Part shown: piece by piece, positions 19,561 to 29,696 of the stretch | How positions within the stretch are numbered: the first letter of the stretch is position 1 | Layout of the letters: every line of letters begins with the position of its first letter | Origin: Paenibacillus sp. MMS18-CY102 | GTDB lineage: Bacteria > Bacillota > Bacilli > Paenibacillales > Paenibacillaceae | Length of the DNA stretch: 64,000 nt | NCBI RefSeq assembly: GCF_009789195.1 | Contig: NZ_WSTC01000006.1 | Location: forward strand, 8,126-72,125 | Direction: 5' to 3' | The notes under the pieces: model-generated | Told to the model about the DNA's origin: nothing | The model's database searches: none | The model's input: the letters and a program-made list of their open reading frames with translations, nothing else | Position numbers and translations under genes: made by a program

Positions 19561-19664
19561 CGAGCTGCTTCAATTGAAAGTGGTTAGTGTCCAAATTTAT
19601 TAGGAGTTTAACCGCTAATAGCCGGATTGCTCCGAATATTAGCGGTATATGAATCTCAATAGGA

Positions 19665-21836
19665 TCAGCTGTACATGGTCACGACATTATGGATAATCTT
19701 CAATCCCGAATCCCCTCTAGTAGTCAAAATGGACTCCGGATGGAATTGAACTGCGGAAATTGGCAATGTTTTATGTTCGACAGCCATGACTACCTGATCA
19801 TCTGATACAGCAATTATCTTTAAGCAATCGGGGACTGTGCTGGCATGAATCGAATGATATCGGCTGGCCATAAATACTTTCGGTAAGTCATCCCACAATC
19901 GGCTTTCATTAGAGGTATGAATAGGCGAAGATTTCCCATGCATTGGATACTCAAGGTAATCTAGGGTTCCTCCGAAGTATTCGACAATGCCTTGAAGTCC
20001 GAGGCATACTCCGAAAATCGGGATGTTATTGCTGATACATAAACCTATTGTATCGTTTAGGGTGAATTCGCTAGGCGTACCGGGTCCGGGCGATAGTACG
20101 ACTAAATCGAATGACGAAGCAGGGTCTTCTAATATCTTCTTGGCAAGCGGTTGCCGAGCTGTCAAAATATCAGCACCTGTTTGTTTGAAGTAGTTGCCCA
20201 ATGTATGGACAAAGGAATCCTCGTGATCCACAATTAGAATTCTCTTTGCCGTTTTCTGTAACGGAAGCGGGGGAGCTTCATGCTTAAGATCGTGCTGGCT
20301 CCCCTTAATGGCCTGGACTAATGCAGCTGCCTTTGTTACGGTTTCTTCTTCTTCATCTGCGGGGATGGAGTCAAATAGAAGTGTCGCCCCAACGCGAATG
20401 TCTGCAATACCATTTTGAATTCGCATGGTCCGTAGCGTAAGTCCTGTATGCAAATCCCCGTTGAACGAATAGTATCCAACAGCGCCGCCATACCATCTTC
20501 GACGTGAACTTTCATTCTGTTCAATCCATTTAATTGCGTTGCGTTTAGGGGCACCAGTAACTGTTACGGCCCACATGTGGCTGATAAATGCGTCCAAAGC
20601 ATCCACCTCTGGCAAGAGATGACCCTCAACATGATCGACGGTATGAATAAGATGCGAGTACATTTCAAGCTGACGACGACCGATAACATTAACAGAGCCG
20701 GGGACACAAATTCTGGACTTATCATTTCTATCCACGTCTGTGCACATAGTTAACTCCGCTTCATCCTTCGTCGAACTTAGCAACTGCAATATCCGATCAG
20801 CATCCTCAATAGCGTTGCTGCCCCTTCTTACCGTGCCGGAAATTGGACAAGTTTCCACTCGGCTGCCTTTTACGCGGACATACATTTCCGGTGAAGATCC
20901 AACCAAATGCTCCGTGCCTAAATTAATAATAAACCCATAAGGGCTAGGATTAATTTCGCGGAGCCTTGAAAAAATGTTGGAGGGTGCGTCTTTGCATTTT
21001 TCGAAAAATGAGTGGGTTGGGACGACTTCAAACAAATCGCCACGTTTAAAGGATTCTACAGCTTTTTCGACAAGTTTTGCGTAATTTCCCTTTATGTACT
21101 GAGGTGGTAGGTTCCCATCTGTTGTCAATTGGGAAAGAACGTTAACTTCACTGGAGCGTTCTATTCCTTCCGTGCTAGCGCCCTGAAAGATAAAATCATA
21201 GGACAACAAGTAAGCACACTCTTTTTGATGATCAACAATTGTTAATTCATCAGGCAGGTAGAGTACCATATCTGGGAGCTTCTCTGAGCGATTCTGTGAT
21301 AGCTCCACCGATTCTAGATTAAACACCAAATCGTAGCCAAAAGCACCGTACAGACCTAAATAGGAATCCTCAGGAGCGTAGAAAAGTTCTTTAATAGCAC
21401 GTAGTACAGTAAATATAGAAGGCTGTTTCGTGCGGTCTTCTTCATTAAATAAGTCATCACTTGTCTTAATTGAGCCTTGAAGCAGGTAATTCGTAAAGGT
21501 AAGATGCTCAATGACAGAAAGGGCTTCGATATGTTTATGTAGTTCATTTAGAATTATTTCACCTCGGGAATTCAAGGCGCTAATTTCAAATTGCTTTCCA
21601 TATGAGCGGAGTTCGAGAGGAGGATTGATAAATCCGATATCCCAGCGTGAGTAACGGCCTGGATATTCATAACTACTGGAGAAGAGTGCTCCTTTTTGTT
21701 GATCGATGAAGGCTAGAATCCTGTCGGAAGCAGTTGTTGGTTCAATAGGGGTTGCGGCTCTCCTAATTTGAAATCCAGCCTGAGTTGTGTACAAAATTTC
21801 AGAGGGATTAACGACCAATTTGGAAACAATACTCAT
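19665..21836 (-). CDS. fused chorismate-binding (TrpE-like, N-terminal) + glutamine amidotransferase (C-terminal) enzyme; anthranilate synthase or PhzE-type ADIC synthase
   Basis: The N-terminal MST domain is about 500 aa. The C-terminal GATase has KRILIVDHEDSFVHTLGNYF and GVCLGLQG. AAAGGAGG RBS. Confidence 0.7.
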   Translation of the reverse strand: MSIVSKLVVNPSEILYTTQAGFQIRRAATPIEPTTASDRILAFIDQQKGALFSSSYEYPGRYSRWDIGFINPPLELRSYGKQFEISALNSRGEIILNELHKHIEALSVIEHLTFTNYLLQGSIKTSDDLFNEEDRTKQPSIFTVLRAIKELFYAPEDSYLGLYGAFGYDLVFNLESVELSQNRSEKLPDMVLYLPDELTIVDHQKECAYLLSYDFIFQGASTEGIERSSEVNVLSQLTTDGNLPPQYIKGNYAKLVEKAVESFKRGDLFEVVPTHSFFEKCKDAPSNIFSRLREINPSPYGFIINLGTEHLVGSSPEMYVRVKGSRVETCPISGTVRRGSNAIEDADRILQLLSSTKDEAELTMCTDVDRNDKSRICVPGSVNVIGRRQLEMYSHLIHTVDHVEGHLLPEVDALDAFISHMWAVTVTGAPKRNAIKWIEQNESSRRRWYGGAVGYYSFNGDLHTGLTLRTMRIQNGIADIRVGATLLFDSIPADEEEETVTKAAALVQAIKGSQHDLKHEAPPLPLQKTAKRILIVDHEDSFVHTLGNYFKQTGADILTARQPLAKKILEDPASSFDLVVLSPGPGTPSEFTLNDTIGLCISNNIPIFGVCLGLQGIVEYFGGTLDYLEYPMHGKSSPIHTSNESRLWDDLPKVFMASRYHSIHASTVPDCLKIIAVSDDQVVMAVEHKTLPISAVQFHPESILTTRGDSGLKIIHNVVTMYS

Positions 21837-22216
21837 GTTTTTCCTCCTTTGTGAGAGGGGGAACAGGAGGTATTAAGCCGAATAAAAAACAAATGATAGA
21901 ATAATTTGCTAGGCTCATCTCAGCTTATGCTCATCTCAACAACCTGTTCATCACTCATAAATATATATATTATATTAGATATTACTAGATTTTACAAGGG
22001 TGACACCTATCCAAAGCGTTAAGTTAGCTATCAAGTGGATTGAATCTTGATGAAGACTTGCTTATGAAGAAAACAGTCGGATCAGCTTTGTTTAGATTGC
22101 AATATAATGTAGATAAAGGTATAATTTACATGGAGCAACTTTATCTATTTAGCTATCGAATTCATTGGTAAATTATCTAAGTAAATCTACAATATATTAC
22201 ATATGGAGATGAAGTT

Positions 22217-22930
22217 ATGCAAGAAATTAGTGAATCAAGAGTGAACAATTTTGAAAATTCTCCGATTGAGGAAAATAGCTTTGAGCTAATGGAGAGCATG
22301 TATTTATCGGATGGAGAAATTCCATTATTGCCTTTGCATATGGTCCGATTGAAGGAGTCATCGAACAGCCTTAGCTACAACTATGATTATGATCGAATTA
22401 TTGGTGAAGTAAAGCGTAATTTAGATAACCTTCTTAGTGGAAATTATAAGTTTAGGGTGACGCTAAGTAAAGCAGGTATACCGACAATTACCTATGAGAA
22501 ATTGGATGGGACAAGACCATTTGCAAAGGAAGAAATTCCTCCTGATGCTAAGATATGTACGTTCTGTTTTGCCGCAGGACCTGTCGACTCCTCAAATCTG
22601 TTTCTTTACCACAAGTCTACAAACCGCCGGTTGTATGAACTGATTTATGAAGAAAGAAATGAAAATGACGATGTTTTAATGTATAACGAGAAGAACGAGA
22701 TTACCGAATTCACTAGAGGGAATATTGTAATTGAACTTGATTCGCAGTTAGTGACGCCACCTTACGAATGCGGTCTCATTCCTGGTGTTTTGAGGTCTCA
22801 GCTTCTTAACTCAGGCGTACTACAAGAAAAGAAACTTAGCTTCACTGATGTAAAACGAGCATCTAGAGTATGGCTCTTAAACAGTGTCGGTGGCTGGCAC
22901 AAGTTTAAAATCAACACCTCTTTGTTGTAA
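22217..22930 (+). CDS. class-IV (fold-type IV) PLP enzyme, aminodeoxychorismate-lyase-like
   Basis: 237 aa; LYHKSTNRRLY matches the conserved HKTxNR motif of PabC-type lyases/class-IV aminotransferases. Confidence 0.55.
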   Translation: MQEISESRVNNFENSPIEENSFELMESMYLSDGEIPLLPLHMVRLKESSNSLSYNYDYDRIIGEVKRNLDNLLSGNYKFRVTLSKAGIPTITYEKLDGTRPFAKEEIPPDAKICTFCFAAGPVDSSNLFLYHKSTNRRLYELIYEERNENDDVLMYNEKNEITEFTRGNIVIELDSQLVTPPYECGLIPGVLRSQLLNSGVLQEKKLSFTDVKRASRVWLLNSVGGWHKFKINTSLL

Positions 22931-22983
22931 TTCGCGTTTCGAAGAGAGTCTGCTGCCGTCCGAGTAAATAAGGGGGGGACATA

Positions 22984-23889
22984 TTGTATATTGCCGTCGG
23001 GGATCTTATAAAGAATAGCAGAACGGTGGGGGTCTCGGCTTTTGATCATGGTCTATTATACGGATTGACAATATTTGAATCATTTCGCACCTATAATCGC
23101 ATCCCATTTTTACTAGGTGATCATTTAACCCGCATGAATAATGCTTTGCGTGACTTGAGAATCAGCTACATAGCTTCTGAAGTAAAAGTTCAAGAGCGAA
23201 TCAACAAACTGCTGGACATGAATAACCTAAGAGATGCTTATTTCCGTTTTATCGTGACGCCCGGTGAACAATCCCTCGAGTTGCCTATTCAGCCCTATAA
23301 CAAACCTGTAGATATCCTTTTGATCCAGCCACTAGAACCTTACAAAACGCGCCTATATAATGAAGGTATAACTTTAAAATTATTGAATCAACGAGCCGGC
23401 AGGGTAGATGGACATCAGAGTTTTAGAACGAGTAGTTGGTTTAATACCATCTTGGGTAGAAGAGAGTTATATCAATTGTGTGAAAAAAAACCATCAGGAT
23501 GGCTGATGCTGGATTCTTTGGAAGGACTACAGCTTACTTTGGATGGCTCAATTATCGGGGGGATTTCCTCCAATGTGTTATTTAGAATAGGTAATGTTTG
23601 GTATACGCCTGCTATAGAGACAGGTGCATTGCCTGGTATTACGCGTTCTTGGGCAATCCAAACATTAAAGAATGAGGGAATAGAAGTATATGAGGGCTTC
23701 TATCAATGGGAAGATATTCTTCACGCTGATGAAATCATGCTTACAAACTCTAACTATGAACTAATACCAGTAAACAAGTTAATGGGGATTGATGGTAGTG
23801 AGGTGAGTGTAGGTAACGGCATGGCGGGGCTGATTACCCGGAAGCTACTTAAAAAGTACAGTGATGAAGCTACAAGTAACTGTCCCTAA
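22984..23889 (+). CDS. class-IV aminotransferase family protein (branched-chain aa aminotransferase/ADC lyase-like)
   Basis: 301 aa; FDHGLLYGLTIFE matches the FDHGxxYGDGVFE N-terminal motif. TTG start after a G-rich RBS. Confidence 0.6.
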   Translation: MYIAVGDLIKNSRTVGVSAFDHGLLYGLTIFESFRTYNRIPFLLGDHLTRMNNALRDLRISYIASEVKVQERINKLLDMNNLRDAYFRFIVTPGEQSLELPIQPYNKPVDILLIQPLEPYKTRLYNEGITLKLLNQRAGRVDGHQSFRTSSWFNTILGRRELYQLCEKKPSGWLMLDSLEGLQLTLDGSIIGGISSNVLFRIGNVWYTPAIETGALPGITRSWAIQTLKNEGIEVYEGFYQWEDILHADEIMLTNSNYELIPVNKLMGIDGSEVSVGNGMAGLITRKLLKKYSDEATSNCP

Positions 23890-24173
23890 TTGCATCAGCC
23901 CAAACTATGATTCAACCTACTAAATTCAAACATTACTTCACTGATGACTTATTTGATTGAAGAAGAGTTTAAACTACTCTGTACCCTGACGAGTCATTCT
24001 AGCAGAAAGGTTGGTGGTCAAACCCCATTTAGCGGACAATGAATAAAACACTATCTTGTGAGTTGACCTTGGTACATTACCGGAGTCAGCTTTTATAGTG
24101 CGCCCAGTTTTACTTACCTATAACTAGGTCTTTGCATAGGATACATGGTCGATCAGAACATTCGGAGAGGAGC

Positions 24174-24722
24174 ATGAGTATGTACGCGAATTCATGCTAT
24201 CCCTATACAGGGCATTATCCTATGCAAGACCACTGGAGCAGCGATTGGAGATACTATTGGCATCCTCAATATTACCATTGGAGCAACCATGCCTATAGCC
24301 CGCAAGGTGCTATCTTACTGCAAGATTACGGGCCAAAACCGTTAGTCCTCAACATCGCCCGAGCATCGAAGCAAAACAACAACTACCGCACAACTTTATG
24401 GACCGGCAAATATTTTCAAGTAACGGTGATGAGCATTAATGTCGGTGACGACATCGGGTTGGAGGTCCATCCGACAACGGACCAGTTCATTCGGATAGAA
24501 GAGGGCCAGGGAATGGTTCAAATGGGCGACAGCAAGGATAAACTGGATTTTCAAGCGTTCGCTACGGTTGATTCTGCGATTATGGTTCCAGCGGGAAAAT
24601 GGCATAATGTGACGAATACAGGCAATCGTCCTATGAAGGTTTCCGTCATCTATGCCCCGCCTGAGCATCCGCATAGCACAGTACATGCAACGAAAGCCAT
24701 TGCGCAAGAAATGCAGGATTAG
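24174..24722 (+). CDS. cupin-domain protein with Tyr/His/Trp/Pro-rich N-terminus (spore-coat-like)
   Basis: C-terminal cupin_2-like core GDDIGLEVHPTTDQFIRIEEGQGMV...VPAGKWHNVTNTG. The N-terminus (YPYTGHYPMQDHWSSDWRYYWHPQYYHW) is low-complexity. The start is ATG at 24174 with a GGAGAGGAG RBS. Confidence 0.5.
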   Translation: MSMYANSCYPYTGHYPMQDHWSSDWRYYWHPQYYHWSNHAYSPQGAILLQDYGPKPLVLNIARASKQNNNYRTTLWTGKYFQVTVMSINVGDDIGLEVHPTTDQFIRIEEGQGMVQMGDSKDKLDFQAFATVDSAIMVPAGKWHNVTNTGNRPMKVSVIYAPPEHPHSTVHATKAIAQEMQD

Positions 24723-24828
24723 AAAAAGTAGGCGTAAGCGCGACAAGGTGCCGTACCCGTATGCTGCGCATGTGGAGTGCTGCTCACTGTTGGCCAGGAA
24801 AGACTATTCGTTGAGGTGTATTGGCGGG

Positions 24829-24858
24829 AATAGGAAAGAGGGGCAATCGCCCCTCTTT
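24829..24858. terminator. bidirectional rho-independent terminator
   Basis: agaggggcaatcgcccctct followed by T8, between convergent genes. Confidence 0.55.
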
Positions 24859-24911
24859 TTTTGTCTTATGAACTATCGTTCGCACATGATGTTATGTGAA
24901 GGCTACGGCTT

Positions 24912-25553
24912 TTATGAAACGCTGACACTGCTTTTATTTAACTTCTTGAAAGCAGCGTATTCACGATTTGATCGAATAAAATCTAATATTAAATCGGCGC
25001 ATTCATTTGGGCTCAAGGCTTCGGTATTTAGTTCAATGTCATACTCATTAAAGCGATAGATTGCATCATACTGTGCGATTGCTAATCCACTCTGTCGATC
25101 TCCCCGCAGATTTTCTCTTCTCATAAGTTCCTCTTTCGAGCAAGTTACGCCTACGAATAGTACAGGACGATCGTTTAATAAATCTAGACAAGCATTAAAC
25201 CGCGCTTCATTATCATTGACTGTATCTACAACGACGTGGATCCCCTTTTCCGACATAAATTTAACGGTTGAATAAAATAAAGTAACTAATGAATCAATAA
25301 TTAATTGAATCGAAACCTCCACATCATCTTCGCCATCGGCTGATGTTGAGCATTTAGTATTAATAAAATCAATGTAGTCATGAAACATTCCGTGAATAAA
25401 ATCATCAATGGATAAATGGCGAAATGAGATTTCTTTTTGATTTAATAGCTCTGTCGATATGGAAGTCTTTCCGGAACTTGAAGTTCCATTTAGAAAAACG
25501 ATTATCCCTTGCTTCAATTTAGTCACCCCTGCGAATGTAGTAAAATTATCCAT
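24912..25553 (-). CDS. chloramphenicol-phosphotransferase-like (CPT family) P-loop kinase
   Basis: N-terminal Walker A IIVFLNGTSSSGKTSI and an about 200-aa size typical of CPT-like AAA kinases. Confidence 0.55.
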   Translation of the reverse strand: MDNFTTFAGVTKLKQGIIVFLNGTSSSGKTSISTELLNQKEISFRHLSIDDFIHGMFHDYIDFINTKCSTSADGEDDVEVSIQLIIDSLVTLFYSTVKFMSEKGIHVVVDTVNDNEARFNACLDLLNDRPVLFVGVTCSKEELMRRENLRGDRQSGLAIAQYDAIYRFNEYDIELNTEALSPNECADLILDFIRSNREYAAFKKLNKSSVSVS

Positions 25554-25709
25554 ATGTAAAGTTTTCGTGTAGTGATTAAGTAATCCTGCTAGATTGCTTC
25601 AAATGGGCGACAGCAATAGAGGTAGGGTTACATTTTATGGTAATATATTGATAGGCATTATTTATTGTCGAAATCACAAGATGAGAGTTATTGTGGGAGG
25701 AGAAGCAAA

Positions 25710-26092
25710 ATGGGAAAATTATTATTGGAATCACACTGTGTATTTCCTACACCAGATATAATTAAAACTGCAAATTTCTATGAACAAATAATGGGGTTTA
25801 GAGCTGTCAGCTATTTGGATGCAAATGAACCCCATATCTGTTTATACCGTGATACAACGGAGATCATTTTAACTAAGACGAATGGACAAAAAAGTAATTC
25901 CCAATAGAGAACTCTATGGATATGGGTATGACGCGTACTTTATAACAAAAAATCAAGAGGAACTCCTCGAAGAGTTTATTAACTCGAATGTAAAATAGTC
26001 CGTTCATTAGATCATACGGATTACAATAACAAAGAATTTGTAATTGAAGATATAGATGGGCGATGGATAGGATTTGGGATTAAAGTCGGATA
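25710..26092 (+). pseudogene. VOC/glyoxalase-bleomycin-resistance family gene disrupted by frameshifts
   Basis: The N-terminal 66 codons (MGKLLLESHCVFPTPDIIKTANFYEQIMGF...) stop at 25907. VOC-like C-terminal segments (ELYGYGYDAYFITKNQEEL; EFVIEDIDGRWIGFGIKV) continue in two other frames. Confidence 0.5.
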
Positions 26093-26108
26093 AAAAAGAT
26101 GTATATCG

Positions 26109-26603
26109 CTATATTTTTTCAATCGGGAAGTATAAGTACAAATCGCTGTTATTATTATCTTTGGGATTGAAAAACTCATGAACGGCCCCAACGATCTTGT
26201 AATGATGTTGAGGCAAGTAATCAGTAATCATATGATGAAAGGTGTCTTGATAGGAGGCTTGTGTGCATTTAACTACACAATATTTATAAGCAGGAATGAC
26301 CCATTTTGTCCATCCGGTCGGTGCCATAGCATCGTCGTTGACTTCGCATCCTGCTAAATATTTGCCTTCTTCTTTCCACCTTTCAAACTTCTCATCCACA
26401 TCGCTCATTGCACCCCATATTCCAACAAGGTTGCCTTGCTCATCGAGCTTAGCGAGATTGCTAATCTCATTAAAGTTATGGTTCGCCTCTTGCCATAACG
26501 GCGAGATCCACATTGCGGCCTCAGCGGCAAGCCCTTCCCCTAGTTTGCCAATCACGGAAAATTGCTGTTTTTCAATGATTTCTATCAATGCAGCACCCTC
26601 CAA
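26109..26603 (-). CDS. GyrI-like small-molecule/effector-binding domain protein
   Basis: About 160 aa; size and pattern (WQEANHNFNEI...GIWGAM...WTKWVIPAYKYCVV) resemble GyrI-like/AraC-effector-binding domains. TTG start 2 nt after the upstream stop. Confidence 0.45.
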   Translation of the reverse strand: MEGAALIEIIEKQQFSVIGKLGEGLAAEAAMWISPLWQEANHNFNEISNLAKLDEQGNLVGIWGAMSDVDEKFERWKEEGKYLAGCEVNDDAMAPTGWTKWVIPAYKYCVVKCTQASYQDTFHHMITDYLPQHHYKIVGAVHEFFNPKDNNNSDLYLYFPIEKI

Positions 26604-26605
26604 GG

Positions 26606-27367
26606 TTAACCGGCACAGGACCGCTTAATGATTGCTTGATAAAAAAACTTCGGTAACGCGGACTGTCGCCGCCACCGTGATTTTTGTCCTTTTGCAACAG
26701 GAACAGTAAGTAACCGATGAAGCCATTCTAAGTGAAATGTTTTCCAAATAGCAGGTGTAGGCTTTACTTTTCCTGCAATTACGTCAAGACTCCCTCCAAC
26801 ACCAAAAACAACATTAACACCTTCAAGTTTTTGTTTGTTCTTATATATCCACTTGTCAGAGTAAGGTGCACCCATCGCAAGGATCAGTACATTAGGTTTG
26901 GATTGCTGAATATCTTTAAGGATGGATGTTTCTTCCTCATCGGAGAAAAAGCCGTTATGCCGGCCTGCAACCACTACATTGGGATAGCGGCTGCGTATCT
27001 CTTCAACAGCCTTATGGTTTGTCACTTCATCTGTTCCAAGGAAATAGAAACTCCAGCCCTGCTCATTGCCTCTTTCTAATAGCCTAAGCAGTAAATCAAA
27101 GCCTGTGACACGTTCTGCAATTGGTTCACCTTTTCTTTTTGCAGCCATCACAATGCCTACTCCATCTGGTGTAATCAAATCTGCCTCTTTTATAATAGTT
27201 TGAAGCATTTGATCGGTTTGGTGAGCGATTGTAATCTCAGGGTTTGCTGTAATTAAGTGAAACAATTTCGATTGTTCGGTTTGGATATGTTCACCAAGTT
27301 GGTGGACCGTTTCATTAAGCGTTAATTTGGAAAAGGGAACGCCTAGTATATTGATTGTGCCTGTCAT
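26606..27367 (-). CDS. WecB/TagA/CpsF-family glycosyltransferase (GT26)
   Basis: INILGVPFSKLTLNETV N-terminus, DGVGIVMAAKRKG, and NVLILAMGAPYSDKWIYKN, typical of TagA-type N-acetylmannosaminyltransferases. Confidence 0.65.
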   Translation of the reverse strand: MTGTINILGVPFSKLTLNETVHQLGEHIQTEQSKLFHLITANPEITIAHQTDQMLQTIIKEADLITPDGVGIVMAAKRKGEPIAERVTGFDLLLRLLERGNEQGWSFYFLGTDEVTNHKAVEEIRSRYPNVVVAGRHNGFFSDEEETSILKDIQQSKPNVLILAMGAPYSDKWIYKNKQKLEGVNVVFGVGGSLDVIAGKVKPTPAIWKTFHLEWLHRLLTVPVAKGQKSRWRRQSALPKFFYQAIIKRSCAG

Positions 27368-27754
27368 CTACTCACCTTCCAGTACGAAAAATATAGAGCT
27401 ATTTTACCACACATGGCGAGAGTTTTTGAAATTTATTCCACTGGAAACGTCGATTTACAGTGCGTGAGTATTCCAAAAATTATAAAATGTTTTGGAAATA
27501 TATGAGGTATGATAGCTAAATGAGCTTTCACTAACAGGAGGGACAGGGCATGGGCCAGCTAATCAACATTCGGGGAAAAGGCTTGTATGTGGGATCCTTC
27601 GGACTCCGTCTAATTACATTCGACCAACGTGGGCTGATGATTCTGGCGGGTATCGAATTATTAAGCTTGCTGAGACAGCCATTCGTATTCTCTATGATCG
27701 GGATGGTTTAAGCGGAGCATAAGTGAAAAGTTGGCATGTTAGGAGGGGGATATT

Positions 27755-28195
27755 TTGAACATTATTGTTGCACAAGATCAGCTTTTATTAGAGAAAGCTG
27801 ACAAGTTCTTATACGACGAAATGTGGAAGCCTTTTGGGATGGATGAGTCAATAAGGAATGAGTTAAAACTGAATGGGGAAGAGATTTCTTTTGTAGCAGT
27901 TGAAAAAGAAATGGTTATCGGCGTTTTTGTATTAGTGATAACCAAGGAAGCGATCGAGTTAAGGCATGCGGCGGTATCATCACAGAAACGAAACAGAGGC
28001 ATTGGTAACGCGATATGGCATAATGTTTTGAAGTATATTGAGGTTAATGCTATCAGTAAAGTAGAGTTATACGCTAGGAACAGTTCTATTCATTTTTGGC
28101 AGAAACTTGGCTTTCAAGAAGTATCAGACTGGCTTGACCATCCGCTATTCGTTAATCATGGCGTACGCTTTAAGAAAATGGAGATTAATATCTAG
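27755..28195 (+). CDS. GNAT-family N-acetyltransferase
   Basis: Acetyl-CoA-binding motif QKRNRGIGNAIWHNVLKYIE. Confidence 0.6.
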   Translation: MNIIVAQDQLLLEKADKFLYDEMWKPFGMDESIRNELKLNGEEISFVAVEKEMVIGVFVLVITKEAIELRHAAVSSQKRNRGIGNAIWHNVLKYIEVNAISKVELYARNSSIHFWQKLGFQEVSDWLDHPLFVNHGVRFKKMEINI

Positions 28196-28650
28196 TTCAA
28201 GCAAGCCTCATAGATCTTAGTAGCATCTCCATTAAAAATGTAGCCAGTGCTCAAAAGTGTCCAATCATATTTCTCGTAATATCCTTCTAGATCAGTTGAG
28301 AGATATAGTTTAGTTAGGCCTAACTTTCTCGTTTCCTCTTGGGCATGCCGCAAAAGAATAGAGCCTACTCGGTTGCCTCGCAATTGTGGAACAACATACA
28401 AACAAGCAAGCCAAGGAAATAAATCCTGGCGGCTGATTAGGTCATTTCTTAAGAGTGCATACGTGCCTACAATGGAATTATTGTGGAGAGCAATATAAAA
28501 CCGTGGCAATTCACAATCCGTTGTACATGAGTGGAACATACAATCATAGTAAAACGTAAAGTTGCTTTCACTTCCCCACTGATTCCAGTACATCGTAACG
28601 GCGTCATCAAAAAACTCCATCTTATTTCGTAATTCGTATACTTCAATCAT
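28192..28650 (-). CDS. GNAT-family N-acetyltransferase
   Basis: Motif PQLRGNRVGSILLRHAQEETRKLG. The stop overlaps the convergent GNAT gene by 4 nt. Confidence 0.6.
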   Translation of the reverse strand: MIEVYELRNKMEFFDDAVTMYWNQWGSESNFTFYYDCMFHSCTTDCELPRFYIALHNNSIVGTYALLRNDLISRQDLFPWLACLYVVPQLRGNRVGSILLRHAQEETRKLGLTKLYLSTDLEGYYEKYDWTLLSTGYIFNGDATKIYEACLN

Positions 28651-28752
28651 TTCTCGTCATCCCCCTATCAGAAGCATATTCCCTAATTGTAAAGGAATTA
28701 GAGATAAGTTTCCAGGTGCGACGGATAGAGGGAAGCAACGGGGAGTTTACAG

Positions 28753-29664
28753 TTGGTGTATACTGTAGAGAAAAAGGAAGCGAGCATAGATGCTGTGGAA
28801 GAGACTTGGCTAAAAAATAAGCTTTCGAATCTATCAATTTGGAAGAAGAATGGGCAGCGGGCTCCGCATAAGCCTTTGTTAATTCTTCTGGCGCTTGCTC
28901 AGCTGCAGCAGCACAAGACGGTCTTGCCCTATGAAGAAGCACGTGTAAAATTAAGAAAGCTGCTTATGGAGTTTGGTCCTCCAAGAAAGTCCTATCACCC
29001 GGAAGAGCCGTTTGTTCGGCTTACGACTGACGGGATTTGGAGCTTAACCAGCACAGTTGACAAAAAGAACTTTTCGGATAAGCAGCTTTTAACGGAGCAA
29101 GTATCGGCAGGGTTTACAGATGAAGTGCTCGTGCTGCTTCAAAATAATGAACGCCTTATTCAAGAGCTGGTTGAAGCGTTGTTGAATGAGCATTTTCCAG
29201 AGAGCATTCATCAGGATATTCTCGACGAGATCGGGCTAGATTGTTCCATTAGAAGAAAGCGGAAGCGCGATCCGCACTTTAGGGATCGAATTTTGAAAGC
29301 GTATGAATTCAGCTGTGCGGTGTGCGGGTTTAATGTCCGATTAGGGCATCAATTGGTCGGCATTGACGCGGCCCACATTCAATGGCATCAAGCAGGCGGT
29401 CCCGACTCGGAAGAGAATGGGATTGCATTATGCTCGTTGCATCATAAATTGTTTGATCGCGGCGTATTTACAATAACGGGTGAGCGGGAGCTGCTAGTGG
29501 CGGAACAAGCGCATGGCACGCATGGTTTTGAGGAGTGGCTGATGCGTTATCACGGCAAACAGGTACGTTCTCCGATAAACCCTGTTTATACGCCAAAAGA
29601 GAGTTTTGTAAACTGGCATATCAGGGAAGTATTTAGAGGGCCAGCTAGGTATCGTGCTTTTTAA
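28753..29664 (+). CDS. HNH-nuclease-domain protein (restriction-endonuclease-like) with N-terminal wHTH-like domain
   Basis: HNH core CAVCGFNVRLGHQLVGIDAAHIQWHQAGGPDSEENGIALCSLHHKLFDRG. The N-terminal region contains RAPHKPLLILLALAQL. Confidence 0.55.
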   Translation: MVYTVEKKEASIDAVEETWLKNKLSNLSIWKKNGQRAPHKPLLILLALAQLQQHKTVLPYEEARVKLRKLLMEFGPPRKSYHPEEPFVRLTTDGIWSLTSTVDKKNFSDKQLLTEQVSAGFTDEVLVLLQNNERLIQELVEALLNEHFPESIHQDILDEIGLDCSIRRKRKRDPHFRDRILKAYEFSCAVCGFNVRLGHQLVGIDAAHIQWHQAGGPDSEENGIALCSLHHKLFDRGVFTITGERELLVAEQAHGTHGFEEWLMRYHGKQVRSPINPVYTPKESFVNWHIREVFRGPARYRAF

Positions 29665-29696
29665 CATTACCTGTACCACACAACATAGGAGGATTC

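Noticed and set aside
27550-27711. 53-codon ORF (MGQLINIRGKGLYVGSFGLRLITF...) with an AGGAGGG RBS in the TagA-like/GNAT intergenic region
   Set aside because: It is plausible as a small hydrophobic peptide, but it has no homology I recognise and falls below the length at which I can support it from sequence alone. It is mentioned for completeness.
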